From Vicugna vicugna (Eukaryota), in contig MU062841.1 of assembly GCA_013265495.1 (NCBI GenBank), positions 16,822,337 to 16,886,336 of the forward strand: a stretch of DNA of 64,000 nt. Reading direction: 5' to 3'. Below are positions 1 to 12,040 of the stretch, piece after piece. The notes under the pieces are model-generated. The model worked only from the letters and a program-made list of their open reading frames with translations, had not been told where the DNA came from and did not search any database. The first letter of the stretch is position 1, and each line of letters begins with the position of its first letter. The translations under genes were made by a program, and so were the position numbers.

Positions 1-354
1 CACCCGACTCTGATCCCTCTGCCGCCTCCCCCTGAGCCCCCCGACCCGGCCAGGCTGCCAGCATGCCAGCCTGCAGCCCCCGAGCGCAGGTGTGGGTGGC
101 TGTGCTGGGACGGGGGTGCCACAGAATGCCTGGTCCCGTCTGTTTAGACACCACAACCAACAGGCTGCTCCTCGTCTGGCATTGCCCACCGCCGGGGGCG
201 CCGTGTGGCGGTGGTGGTGGGGGCTTGGGGGACTGTGCCCATCTAAGGGGCAGGGTCTACCACCACCAGTTCCCCTGGGTGCAGAGCTGGTTGGGTGGGT
301 GGGCCACAGGACCCCTCCTCTCTCTTTCATTATCTTCTCCCCACCCATGACTCG

Positions 355-385
355 ACTCCACCCCACTCCACCCCACTCCACCCCA
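355..385. repeat. Short (CCCCACTCCA)n simple repeat, about 3 units
   Basis: Read directly: actccaccccactccaccccactccacccca. Confidence 0.75.
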
Positions 386-1114
386 CAGCCGGAATCTCCA
401 TCACGCCTTGGATGGTGACAAAACCAGCTCAGCCAACGTCCCCTCCAAACTTACTGTCTACAGCTTCTGAAGCTCCAAAAGCCAGGACCCTCTCCCCGTC
501 ACTCTCCGGCAGCTGTGGTCCGGCTGCCCTACAGGAGACAGGTGTATGGGGGGAAAGGAGGAGCCAGAAACACACATGGAACAAGGCTTTGCAAAGTCTG
601 CCCTTCCCCTGCCTCCAAGATGCTCCTGCCCTGTGCCGGCCTCCTGCAGGAGCACCCACCCCACTCTGCCTGTCCCACTCCCCCTGGGGCCAGACCAAGG
701 GCCACCACCTCCAGGTGCTCCTGATTGCCCTGAGGACCCCTCTTTAGAGCTCCTGGAGTCCTGGTGCCCTCAGCAGGTGCCACTCTGTGACCTGCTCATC
801 TCAGCATGTCACGACTGCAGGGTGCCTGCACTGGGGCCTTGTGTGTGCACACTCGGGTCTCACCCGCCCCACGGGGCTTGGGGTGCCCGGCAGAGTGCTG
901 CCGGTGTGAGCTGGGCTACCGTGGCACCAGGAGATCAGCCTGGGCTGGGGGAATGAATCCCAACTCAGTGGACAATTCTCGGGGAGTAAGTCCCCTTTCT
1001 GGCCAGTCTCCTCGTCTGTAAAATGAGGAAGGGAGACCCTGTGTTCTGCAAGGCTGCCCCAGGGGACGTAATTCATCAGAACAGCACCAGAGCTGCGACA
1101 CATCCGGAACCTCC

Positions 1115-1180
1115 CCCTCCCCTAGTCTCTGGCTCTGCGCTGGGCAATTGAGAATTCAATAAATATTTAGCTGATTGATG
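1115..1180 (+). mobile_element. L2 LINE 3' terminal fragment
   Basis: ttcaataaatatttagctgattgatg resembles the L2 end ctcaataaatatttgttgaatgaat (recalled consensus). Confidence 0.5.
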
Positions 1181-1289
1181 TAAGCAAAACATGAAAGTCA
1201 CTGAAAGGGACGTTAAGCTTCCAAGAGACACTGGAACCGTCCGTGGTCTCTCTCGTGAATTCTCTCAGAGGGCAGAAAGCATAAATAAA

Positions 1290-1570
1290 GTAGGCGGCCG
1301 GGTTTTTTTCTCTTTAAAGTCAAAGGCCCATAAATCATGCATGTGCAAATTCATTTCATAATTAACATCGCTGGGTAGATGTCTGTGAAGGCTGTGCTTC
1401 AGCCGGGTGCGACGCTCTGTTAATTAAAGGCTTATTTTGTGATCGGAATCATTCTGTGGAAGCTACTTCACACGCACACGTTTGGTTTTTTTTCTTTAAT
1501 GACCCACAGGCTCTGCAAAGTGAGTCAGCCGGCGGTGCCAAGCCGCTCCTGGCTTATTAGACTGCAACCC
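1290..1570. promoter_or_regulatory. Enhancer-like block (PBX-HOX, homeobox and AP-1 motifs)
   Basis: Repeat-free, AT-richer block. CCATAAATCA at 1328-1337 (reverse complement TGATTTATGG, the PBX-HOX consensus), TTAATTAA, and TGAGTCA at 1521-1527. Function is inferred from motifs only. Confidence 0.45.
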
Positions 1571-2639
1571 TGTGTGCACTCCAGGGCCTCCATCTTCAGC
1601 CTGGCCAGTGCTGAGGGTGTCCTCAGAGTCACACGTGCCGCAGAGCAGGTGCTGGGGACAACGGAGGCCCCGAGACAGACAGCGATCTGCCCAGGGCCTC
1701 CCAGGAGACTGGCAGGACCCAGTCCGCGGGCCCCACTTCTAGCCAGCCCCCACTCCCCACGCTTTGCCCACACGCCCCCGGCCGTCTGGGGAGCTCTGGA
1801 CTCGACTGCTGGGCTCTGTCTCGCAGTGAACGGCGCTCGGTCGGCAAGCCTGCTTGCCGCCTTGCCGAGTGCCCCCCGGAAGCAAAAAAATTGGAGAGAG
1901 ACAGCTGGATGGAGTCCTAACTGTTTTAATAATGTTCGGCACCATGGCTGTTGCCGGGAGATTAGCAGGGAAATGTAACGGAGTGTAATTTTTCCTAAGA
2001 ATTCCATTAACAGAAGCAAATGGGCAGACGGAAGTGGAAGACGCGGGGTTGGGGGGAGACCGAGAGCTCTCTGGAGGCTTCCTTGGGAGGGAGTTTCTAG
2101 GCTCAGGGCCTCAGCGAAAGCTCTGGGGTGTGAATCCCAGGTTCCCGTGGGCCTTCTCTGCTCTTTCTTACCCCTGCCTGTCATCCCTGGGGGGTAAACA
2201 AGGCAGGGCAAGGAGAGCGGGAGACGTGGTTTAAATCTGTCCTGCTACTTGCTCACCGTGTGGCCTTAGGTAAGGGGCTTAGCCTCTCTGAGCGTGGGCG
2301 TCATCGCCTGTAACTAGGAGTATCCATGCAGTGCCATTCCGAGGATCCAGGATGAGCGAGACCTGATATAAGGGGCCCGGAATGGATGCTTGTCTGGTTA
2401 GCTCCCCCAGCGTCCACCCTCCAGCACACCTGGACCTGTACCATCCACCTCTCGCGCTCCACTCTATGTCGGGGGCCTCCTCCCTGCAGGCCGAGGACAG
2501 TGCCGGACAGGGCAAGACGTAGTCCCTGCCTCTGGGTGCTTGCAGGCTGCTGGGAAGCCAGACACTTACATCCACTTTTCTCCCTCCTGGCTGCAGACTT
2601 GAGATGCTACAGATATGTTCCCAGCCAGTGTCACCAGAT

Positions 2640-2780
2640 CTACCTCAGAAACCTTGAGAGAAAGGGGCTGTCGGGCCCCATTTTACAGATCAGGAAACTG
2701 AGGCTTGGGCAGATTGTCACTTGCCTTAGGACACACAGCTGGTCAGTAGCAGAGTGAAGATGGAGTCCAGATACACAGAC
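2640..2780 (-). mobile_element. MIR SINE
   Basis: cccattttacagatcaggaaactgaggc...acttgccttaggacacacagctggtcagtagcagag matches the reverse-complemented MIR core. Confidence 0.8.
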
Positions 2781-2829
2781 TAACACCCTAAATTCCTTCT
2801 CCTACACAGCTTTCCCGTGTCTGCCGCGT

Positions 2830-2990
2830 CTAGCATCACGTGTTAGTCTCTCATTCCCTGTTTGGTTTGGTTTTGGTTTTGCTCTGTCGGTTGGACTGTA
2901 AGCTCCTTGAGGGCAGGCATTTATTCTCCTTTCCCTCTACTTCCCATGAGACTTGGTGCTTAAGTAAGACACCGAATCAAATGGACAGAC
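2830..2990 (+). mobile_element. L2 LINE 3' fragment
   Basis: ggactgtaagctccttgagggcagg is the hallmark L2 3' motif. Confidence 0.65.
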
Positions 2991-3098
2991 TCTGAGCGAT
3001 CACTTCCGTAATGCAGACCCTCAGAGCTGTCCTCCCATCCTCCAGCCTACACGCACACGCCACACACACAGCCTGCAAAATCTAATAACGACCAGCTT

Positions 3099-3270
3099 NN
3101 NNNNNNNNNNNNNNNNNNNNNNNNNNNNNNNNNNNNNNNNNNNNNNNNNNNNNNNNNNNNNNNNNNNNNNNNNNNNNNNNNNNNNNNNNNNNNNNNNNNN
3201 NNNNNNNNNNNNNNNNNNNNNNNNNNNNNNNNNNNNNNNNNNNNNNNNNNNNNNNNNNNNNNNNNNNNNN
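3099..3270. other. Assembly gap (172 N)
   Basis: Run of N, with a CA-rich tract immediately to its left. Confidence 0.99.
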
Positions 3271-3498
3271 CCGTACATGCTTGGGTGCCCTGCGCACGGA
3301 GAGAGGCTGCCTGCTCGCAGCAATCAACGAGGAGGAAGCCGAGGCCGTGCCGCAACTGACGAGAACAGTTGGGCCTGGAGTTTGCTCTGGGCGTTTTATT
3401 AAGTTCTTTGAGCGAAAGCAGGCACTGCGCCTCCTGGTAAAGCTGTTCCAACAAATCAAAGGCAACTAATGTGCGCGCGCTCTCTCGGCTCTGCTGCG

Positions 3499-3640
3499 AT
3501 GGGGAGGGAAGACAAGAAGAGGGGAGAGAAGGCAAAATGTGTAAGCCTTGCCTCGACTTCATTGCATCAATCACAACTGTTCTAAAAACTCTCCCCAGCG
3601 TCCGACAGCAGGCAGGCAGAGGCAGCCAGCCTAACAAAGA
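3499..3640 (+). other. Candidate alternative first (coding) exon of an unidentified gene
   Basis: ATG 3499 (gcgATGG, strong Kozak) reads MGREDKKRGEKAKC into donor TGT|GTAAGC at 3540/3541. ATG 3537 (aaaATG) reads MCKPCLDFIASITTVLKTLPSVRQQAGRGSQPNK into donor AGA|GTGAGT at 3640/3641. Repeat-free, CpG-containing context. Peptides not recognised. Confidence 0.3.
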
Positions 3641-6600
3641 GTGAGTTTGGGTGGAATCAGGAGCGTTCAGTAATTATATACACATTATCAAAAAGGTAGC
3701 AATTCAGGGAAATGGAAAATACACGCTAATTTCTGAGAGCAAGAGAAAATTAGAACTCTCTGAACCGTGTATTAATCATTATTAATAAAGCGGCACACAT
3801 TCAAATAACAAGTGTGCTTCCCTTTTTCGGTGCCCGTCCGGATACGTTAACGGGTTCTGCAGAGGTCCCGCACACACCGCTTCCTCCTCGTTTTTCACAC
3901 TCGCTCCTCCCAGGACCAGCGACGTGTGTGTTTTGGCTGGTCCGTCTGGAAGACGGATGAAGTGGCTCTGCCCACATCAGACTAAGCTGTAGGCTTTTGC
4001 TGTTGTGGAAGCAGAAAGAAATGCTCCCACACCCTGTGACGGACCTCTCGAGCCCTGTGTACTGGGCTGCTTCGCGCTGGGGGAGGCACTTGCAGATGTA
4101 CAAGTGTGAGCCGTGGCTTCTATCTTCCAGGAAAGGATCCCTGGGGAGGAAAGATGTCCCGCCGTCAGCTACGCTGCCATGGTACCAGGCCTTCCCTCTC
4201 TCTGGATCCCTCCCAAGATACACAAGTGGGCATCCCACAGGCCTCACTGAAGTCGACTGGGCCGGGGATGGGCACCTGGCCCCCACTGCGCCCATCGCCT
4301 TCTCTCTTGTGGGGACCTGAAACCGAGCGGGAACCACAGGGACTGGTGGCTCTTTGGAGTCAAGGTGCCCTGGGGGCAGCGCTCAGAGAGATGTTCCCCC
4401 AGCTCCCGCGTGCGTGTCCAAAGCTGCTGGAGCCCGGAGGGTCTGCACTCCTTCAGTCCTGTGGCTGTGCCAGAATCCTTCCCCAAGTCCTCCTTTTAAG
4501 TCGCCCAGAGTCGTTTCTTCTATTTGCACCCAGAGATCCTCACCTGCTGCTCAAGACAAAGGCCACGAACCAACACAAGGCAGAGGGGCAGGCTGGCCGA
4601 CACGCAGGCACTGCTTGCATCGTCCCGCTGGAGGATTCGGGGACTCGGGGTGTGGAGCTGGCCAGCCCTCCAGGAGCCCCTCCCCAGCAGTGCTGCAGAC
4701 AGGGTCCCCTGGAGCAGTGGTGACATCAGCTGGTAGACACGTCTGCCTCCTGTGGGTCTCAAAGCGTCTGCTGCAGGACCTCTGAAAACCACTGTTCTAA
4801 CTGAAACCCGTCAGGTACAGACTGGAAAATGGAGTGCGGGGGAGCTCTAGGTGACTTCAGGTTACAAGAGCCGCCCAGGCAGAAGTGAGGCTTGAGCCCA
4901 CATTTCCGGACGCTGACGACGTCTCCCGTCTTGTTTCCGCTGCCTTCCGGTGCCTTCCAGCATCCCCGTCGGCCCCACTGCAGCACCGCTCACCTGCCCT
5001 GCTACTTGCCGCCCTTCCCAGGCCACGTGTGAGTGGGGAGGCGAGGCCCATCGTCCTCATCTCTCGTCCTCGGGGACCCCCTCGTGCCCACGGCACACCC
5101 CAAGTGTCGGGCTCGGAAACCGCTAGTTCCTGCAGAGGATGATTCCTGGGAAACGTTCTGTTGATGAGTGAAGGGTTTTCTTCACAGTAAAGGCAGAGGT
5201 AGGGGGACCCGGGTCCCGCTCCTCCCCTTGCCCAGGCCCCGAGTCCAGGCTGGACACGGCAAGCAGGGCCCAGGCCCTGCTTCCACACGACACTGGGGGG
5301 CACAGGGCCCTGCGGGGCAGCTGGTCAGCCTCACTGTACGGATAGGGAAACTACGGCCCGTAAAGCTGAGTGACCGTCCCGGGCTCAGACCTAGAAAGCG
5401 CAGAAGCCGGATTTGCACCTGGGCCCACCTGACTCAAACGAGCACCAAATGCCGTCCTCTGTGACCGCCGCGGAGCGAGCCCAGGCTCCCTGGAGTCTGG
5501 CCTCGGCAACTCCGTGACCGGGTCACCGGGAAGCCTCTGCAGGGAGTGAGCCCTGTGTCTGAGCAGCGGCTGAGGGGAACCCAGCCCTGTCCCTCCGGGA
5601 GCCTGGAGTCTAAGTGGGAGGCCCTTCGTGCCCTGGGCTGCCCGCCCTACCTCCTGCTCACCACCCCTCCCCCAGCAGGCCCGGTGCCCCCCAGCCTGGC
5701 TTCACCCAGAGCTGCTGCCTGGCTGTGGCCTCCAACAGGGACCCATATCCCTGGAACTCTTCCTGAGGGATGAGAAACCTCCCCCCAGGTCGAGGCATCC
5801 GGCCCTTCAGTAACTGTGTACGGAGCCCAGGCTGTCACACGGACGTTAGGCAGACACTGGGGACTCAAAGTCACAGCCCTGTCCCTGAGGGAGAGCACTG
5901 TCCAGGGGAGCTTGCCCTGGTCGACGAGGGTCTTGGGGGTCCGTGCCGAGGAGTGGATAATGCAGCCCCCGAAATGCCCGGCGTTGGAGGCTGGAGACCC
6001 AGCCCGGTGCCTTCTTTGCTGTTACCTCTTGGTGGTCACTCTCCAGACCTCAGTTTCCAATCTGCTCATAGAGCAGCAGAGTAAGAACTGGGTCTAATTC
6101 AATAAGATGCGCAGACTTCATTCCACAGACGGCGGAGAGCGGCAGGCGGCTTTCGAGAGGAGGCGGCCTTCCTCCGTCCACCCCGACGCTGGGAGCTGAG
6201 CTCACGGCTCCCTGAGATGCACTGTTGGTCTCATGGCTGCTGAGCCGAGCCGCTTCTCCCTGTCTGCCCCCTCCCGGCCGACCCGGGTCTGGGACTGAGG
6301 ACGGGTTGCTGACCCAGGTCAGGGTGGCAGGAAGGCGGGCTTGCTCGTTCCCGGACCTCCCGGGCAGCAGGGGCTTGCAAATGGGACTGACTGTTTCTTG
6401 GCCTCACAGCCTGACGCCACCTCAGCCGTTTGGTTAAAGAACGTGCGCTCCCGAGGCTCGGTCCTTTGCTGCTGGGAGCCTGGCGGGTCCACGCACCCCT
6501 GCCCGCGGCTCACCGGTCTACACGCCTTCTGGATGTAGGCTGAGGGCCCCGTTCCAACAAGGCCTCCGATAGAGGGGACAGGAAGCTCCGCAGGGCTTTC

Positions 6601-7719
6601 CCTCAGCTTCTTGTGTCACCCTGCCCCGAACCACAGCCCTGCCACCTGGCTGTCCCTTGACGCCCAAATTGCCGCTGGCGACAAAGACGATCAGCTAGGT
6701 CAGACGGCCAGCGTGGAATCCGGGCAAATGCCCAGCTCTGGATCCTGTCTGCCCTGCATTGTGTGGCCCTGGAAAAGTGATTTCATTGCTCTGAGCTGCA
6801 GGCTGGGCACAATGAAGATGAAAATGACCATGTCGCAGGCGCTCACGCGGGTCATAGACACGTGTGCTTCAAATGCCAGAACCCTTAGCTATTAACATTA
6901 GGGGCTTTTCTCCCCTGAACGACCCTCCTTCTTGCCCAGGAGAGCTCTAGAAAGCTCATCAACATACCTGCCCATCGGCCGTGGGAACCAGCCAGGCCGG
7001 CGTCTGCAGAGGGCCAGAGTTTCCTCTCCATCCCAGTCATGTTTGCCGGAAGGCCAGGGAGCTCACCTTGGCCATCACATCCCAGCCAAACCAGGGCGAC
7101 ACAGAGCTCTCATTACCAAGTGGCTTCAGGGCCTCAGGGACAGATGCTGGAGTTTCGCTTGTGCCCTCCTGGAGGCCAGCAGGGTTCTGAGCTTCAGTCT
7201 GACTGACCCAGTTCTTAGTTGGGGTGACAGCTTTCCAGCCAGTCTGAGGTCTGTCCCCGCTCCTCAGAGGACAGAGGGGCTTCCTCCCCCACGGCCTGGT
7301 CCTCGGCGGGAAGCCAGCCTGGCCAGAGTTCTCTGTAATTCACTCTCATGGACCCTGAAGCCTGTGATGCAGATGGAACACCAAGTAACACATGGTCCTT
7401 CGGACAGAAAGAGCATTCTAGAAGCCCCTCGTTCTTGCCTGGTATGAACAGTCGCTGTGATCGAGACTAACACATCAGAGAAGCAGGCGGGCGCACGAGA
7501 GGGTGGCATCTGCCATCTGTGTAGAAGGGCGGAGTCCCTTCCATTTCATCTTCAGAGCAGCCCTGAGGGCAGGGGAGCCACCTGGCCCACGGCCACCTCA
7601 ACAAGCCAGCGGCCCAGGGGTTCTGGGGTTGACCTCGTGCCCTTCCCTCCAGCGAGGCAGCGCTCAGGTGGCGCGGGGACGAACACGGCAGGCGGGAGGG
7701 GCCTCAGAAGCTGAGTGAT

Positions 7720-7960
7720 TGGCTTCAGGTTTCAATGGGAAATCACCGGAGCATCAGGGCCTTTGTGCTGCAGCACACCTGGAAAGCCGCGCTGAATGGG
7801 GAGCTTTTCTATGCGAAATCAGACCGTGTTATCTGCCCGTTAACATCGCCAGCACGGAGATGCGCTGCCGGCACAAACCAACCTGAATCAGTGGTGAATG
7901 GGGGAAATTTCAGGCATAAATTCCACGGGTCCTGCCCACAGGATTGGTGAAACTGAAACC
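7720..7960. promoter_or_regulatory. Repeat-free conserved-noncoding-like block
   Basis: High-complexity, AT-richer sequence with no recognisable repeat or credible coding frame. Conservation is inferred, not measured. Confidence 0.3.
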
Positions 7961-8279
7961 CACTTGCTCTCAAAGAGGAGACAGCTAAGAGCTAAATAAC
8001 AGTTGAAGTCTCGGGGTGTCTATCCTGTCCCTCGGTCCCCGGTGAAGCCAGGGCCATGAAGATGCCTAAATCGGCCCTGTTACATCTTTCTGAAGGCGGC
8101 GTCTCCATGCCGCACAAACCCCAGCCTGGTCAGGGATGGTGTGGAGTGGATCTTGTGGCTGTCTTTGACGACTGCTCGGAAACGTGGGGGCGTCTTTTGG
8201 CAGGGAACACAGGGAGGGGGCGAGGAGTGAGAAGCCATCAAAAGGGTTTTATTGAACTCTTTGCTAGCTCATGAATGCA

Positions 8280-8600
8280 TTTAATGGGAACAGCGTTGGA
8301 TGTCAATGCAACATAATGATCGTGTAATCTATTTGGCTAGATTTGCGTGGCTTTCGAAGAGGAAAAAAGGACCTGCATGAGCAGTTAATCAGTCTGTCTT
8401 TAGCCAAACTTCATGTAAAATTTCACCGTGTTCCCGAAACTGTGCCAAGGGACAGTGTCATGTATTTCAGTGAATCGCTTGTCACCAAATCTGAAACAAG
8501 CAGAAAATCTAGCCTTTTTGCCTCCTCTTTTGAGGTTGTTTCTGGCGACATGTGACTTGGTGAGGTGGTAGAATCTGATCAGATAGTAACGGTGGCAACT
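8280..8600. promoter_or_regulatory. Repeat-free conserved-noncoding-like block
   Basis: AT-rich unique sequence in a GC-rich background. Conservation is inferred, not measured. Confidence 0.3.
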
Positions 8601-8741
8601 TACATGCCTGGCCCCATTCTGAGCACCCCTGGGGCACAGAGCTGCGCTTGGCTCCACTCTGATGGGAAACCGAGGCTCAGGGCGACTAGGAGACTTGCCC
8701 AAAGCGGTCGCAGAAGCAGAGGGGAGGCCTAAACTTTGTTC

Positions 8742-8885
8742 TGTTTTTTTTTAATTGGCGACTCGTTGATTTACAACACCAGTTGCAGGCGTACAACGTA
8801 GCGATTCAATGTTTCTGTAGGTTATCCCCACTTAAGGTTGTTAGAGAACGCTGGCCATATTCCCTGTGCGGTGCCGTGTATCCTA
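8742..8885 (-). mobile_element. L1 LINE 3' tail (Laurasiatherian/L1MA-like)
   Basis: T-tract followed by gttgatttacaacaccagttgcaggcgtacaacgtagcgattca, matching the antisense L1 3' end. Confidence 0.7.
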
Positions 8886-9089
8886 AACCCTGTTCTTGAC
8901 TCCACTGTCCATCTTTCTCACCAGCAAGCCCAGATGATGGATCCCTAGAGAAGAGGAGGGAGGCGGCCTCTGGTCTTCCTAAGACTGCTCTCGGCCCCCA
9001 CCCCTCATTAGCTGTGCTCCGAGCCTGCCTGGGCGGCTGCCGCCGGGAAGCCACTGCTCTAGGCACCTTCAGTTACAGCCCCGTCAGGT

Positions 9090-9190
9090 AGGCTCTGTTT
9101 TAACCCATTCTACAGGTAGGAAGACTGACAGCCAGAAAGGTAAAGGCGGATTTGAATGACTGAGGGACGCAGTTCACACAGCAGGGCAGC
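9090..9190 (-). mobile_element. MIR SINE
   Basis: cccattctacaggtaggaagactga...ggatttgaa resembles the antisense MIR core. Confidence 0.55.
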
Positions 9191-11809
9191 GTTAGCACTC
9201 GATCGGATCTGTGGCCGCGGATTCCAACACCCTGCCCTCTCCCCCCACCACGTGGATTCTGGAGGGGGAGCAGCTACTTTTATTATCGACTCTGGACAGA
9301 TGGTGAGACAGAGGCGCAGCAGGTGAAGAGGACCGCTGTAGGGTTCTACAACGGACACTCAACGTGAGGCTGTCAGTGGATGCAGGACAAACGGACAGCG
9401 GTATCGTCGGCCGGCCCCCGTGTGCTCACGTACACACACCACACGCTGACACATGTTTGAAACAGCACGTGTGCCGTCAGCGGAGGGTGCGTGGCTTTTT
9501 TTCTTTCTTTCTTACTAACCCCCGTCTCCGCCCTCCTCAGCTGAGCTCTGAGGCAGCAAACAACCTGCTTTTCAGCATTGGCGCTGGGACCTGGACCCGG
9601 GCTGGTTGCACACGGCCTTACGCCAGTCTTCCAGGCTGGGTTCCATTCTTGGTCTATTTCACCCCCTTGCCATGAGCTCCTGCGAGCTTTTTCCATCCCA
9701 TGGGTGACTTCCCATTGTGGTTACTCCTGGCCCTTGTTGGCCAGCCCGACCTCACTCTCAAAGGTGGAGCTCAACTTTCCACCCAGAAGAAATTCCCCAA
9801 ATGGAATTTCAAATTGATTTAAAAACCAGATTCCCCACATGGAACCAACCGCGTCACACTCTGTCTGGTTTCACTCATGTGCTAAGTGTTGCTGAAGATT
9901 TGTGCTCCAATCCTAATCTGGTTTTATTGAGGACGTTCCCCAGCTGAAGGATTTCAAAGGGAAGCCAGCGACGCAGCCAGGGACCCCCTGAATGTGTGGC
10001 TTGGCACCTTCCCTCCAGCCCACACTTGGAGCAAGCTGGCCCCTGCGCTGAACCCTCCCTATGAGGGGGGATGGGGACGGGGGAGGATGGGGGTGGGAGG
10101 AGGCCAGGGAGAGGGAGAAAGACCGACACAGCCTCCTCCTCCTGGCACGGAAGCCTAACGGTCTCCACCGGGTGTCGGTCCCCCAGCCTGGAGGTCAAGA
10201 CACCCGCCTCCCGGCCCGGCCCGGCCCTGAGCACGTGGGTCTGCTCCCCGCGGGGCTGCCCTGCAGCCTTCGCAGTGTTCGAGGGCAGGGAGAAGGGAGA
10301 CCAACCTCCTCTCTTTCTGAATGGAAGCATCAACTCCAAAAGTAGGAGTCTGTGGACCTTCCCTCTCGTAAGAAAACAGTTTTTAAATTATACACACACG
10401 TACCAGGAAATTACACCCAGTGCTGAGGACGTCCCGGAGGGGAGCGGCGTTCTCTGCTCTCCAAAGCATTGCTCGTTCCAGTGACGGAAGAAGTGAAGGG
10501 TATTGACAGGTACCCGGGGCGGCACTTAGCAGGCTCGTGGTGAGCGCGGTAAAGTGGGGGTGGTTTCTGGGTGAGGAGGCAGGGGTGACAGACACGGGGA
10601 ACATGGCTTCAGGGCTGCCTGAATGTCTTCCACGTGTGGGCTCACGTCGCAGGGCCCGTGTAGAACCAGGGCCTCAGCTCTGCTCCCCAACTCCCCACTC
10701 CCCTCTACAGAACCCTCGGAAATGGAAAAGAATTTCCGGCTGACAACCAGGAGGCTCTCTACTGCCGGTCCTCCCTCCCGGAGTCGGTCCTCAGCCCTCT
10801 GCTTCCCCCGATCCCGCGTCGGCCCCCGGAACCAGCCTTGGGCCCCCCTTTCCTCCCGATGCGTCTGGCCCACCTGGCTCCCCGCCTCTGCCGACCTCAG
10901 CTCAGCACATCACGCCGGAGACCCTCTCGGGGTTGGGGAGCCATGCTCGCGGGATGCCCCACGAGACTGTAGCTTCTCGTAGGCAGGGCTGAGGTCCATG
11001 TTCTGCATGTTCTTTATGGCCAAGGGCTGAGTTTGTTTCAGCCCTCAGCCCAGTGCGAGGCGCTCTCGGGGCTGTGTTGCAGTTATCTAGACCCTTCCGA
11101 ACCCCTGCCTCCTGCACGGTCCCCCTGGGGTGTGAGGCCCGCCCCCCAGTGCGGGAGCCGGGACTGGGAGGCAGGTCGGGCTCACAAGTGCCAGACGAGG
11201 AGGCGGTGGGTCCGGGTCTCAGACCCGGGCTGCCCGCAGACGTCGGCATTTTCTCCGTCGGTGTCTCCGTCCCCCGTCCCGAGTGCGCACACCCTGGCTG
11301 GGTTCCGACGGGAGTGCTCCGTGTCCTCCTCTCCTCCGTGGCCCACGCTGGAGGAATGGGGGCTCTGCCCAAGGAAACGGGTGGGGACAGTTATGAGCAG
11401 GTCTCTGGGATGAGGAGCCAGAGCCCCGGTTATCCTCCTGGCCCGACGCTTGGGCGGAGCAGCTGGTTACAGAGGCCACGCCTGCTGCCCTCTTGGCCCC
11501 CTGCCAAGTTCTGGACACTCCTAGGCTTTTGCAGCGTAAAATTATTTCCAGAAGGAATTGTCCAAAAGCTCCTAAAATGGCAATAAAACCCTCTGACTTT
11601 CACATTTCCACATGCCCAGATGGACTGTCATGGTTCCCAGCAGCCCGGCTTCAGGCCAAGTCACAGAAAACCAAGCAGTTCTCACCCTGGAAGCCTGGAT
11701 TGGTCTGGAGGTGGCCTGTGGCCCTGCCCGGAGGTGGCTCCTTGCTGGTCTGCCAGGCTGTCTGGGGTCTCGATGTGCAGAGGAAGAACACGAGTTTTGG
11801 AGACCTCCT

Positions 11810-12040
11810 CTGGATAGACACAGAGAACCTGCTGTGTGCCAGGAATGGTGTCTGGGGACACAGTGAAGGGAAAGACATGGAAATCCAGTGGAGGCAGCCA
11901 ACAAGTCACCAAGCTATCAGAATCACAAAGGATGCAGACAATGCTGCAGGAGCACAGAGGAGGGGGAGCTGTCAGTCTGGTGCCCTGGAAGGCTTCCTGG
12001 AGGAGGTGACCCCTGAGTGGAGAGGACCAGTGAGTTGAAC
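11810..12040 (-). mobile_element. L2 LINE fragment
   Basis: tgtgtgccagg...ggaaggcttcctggaggaggtgacccctgag is a hallmark antisense L2 motif. Confidence 0.75.
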
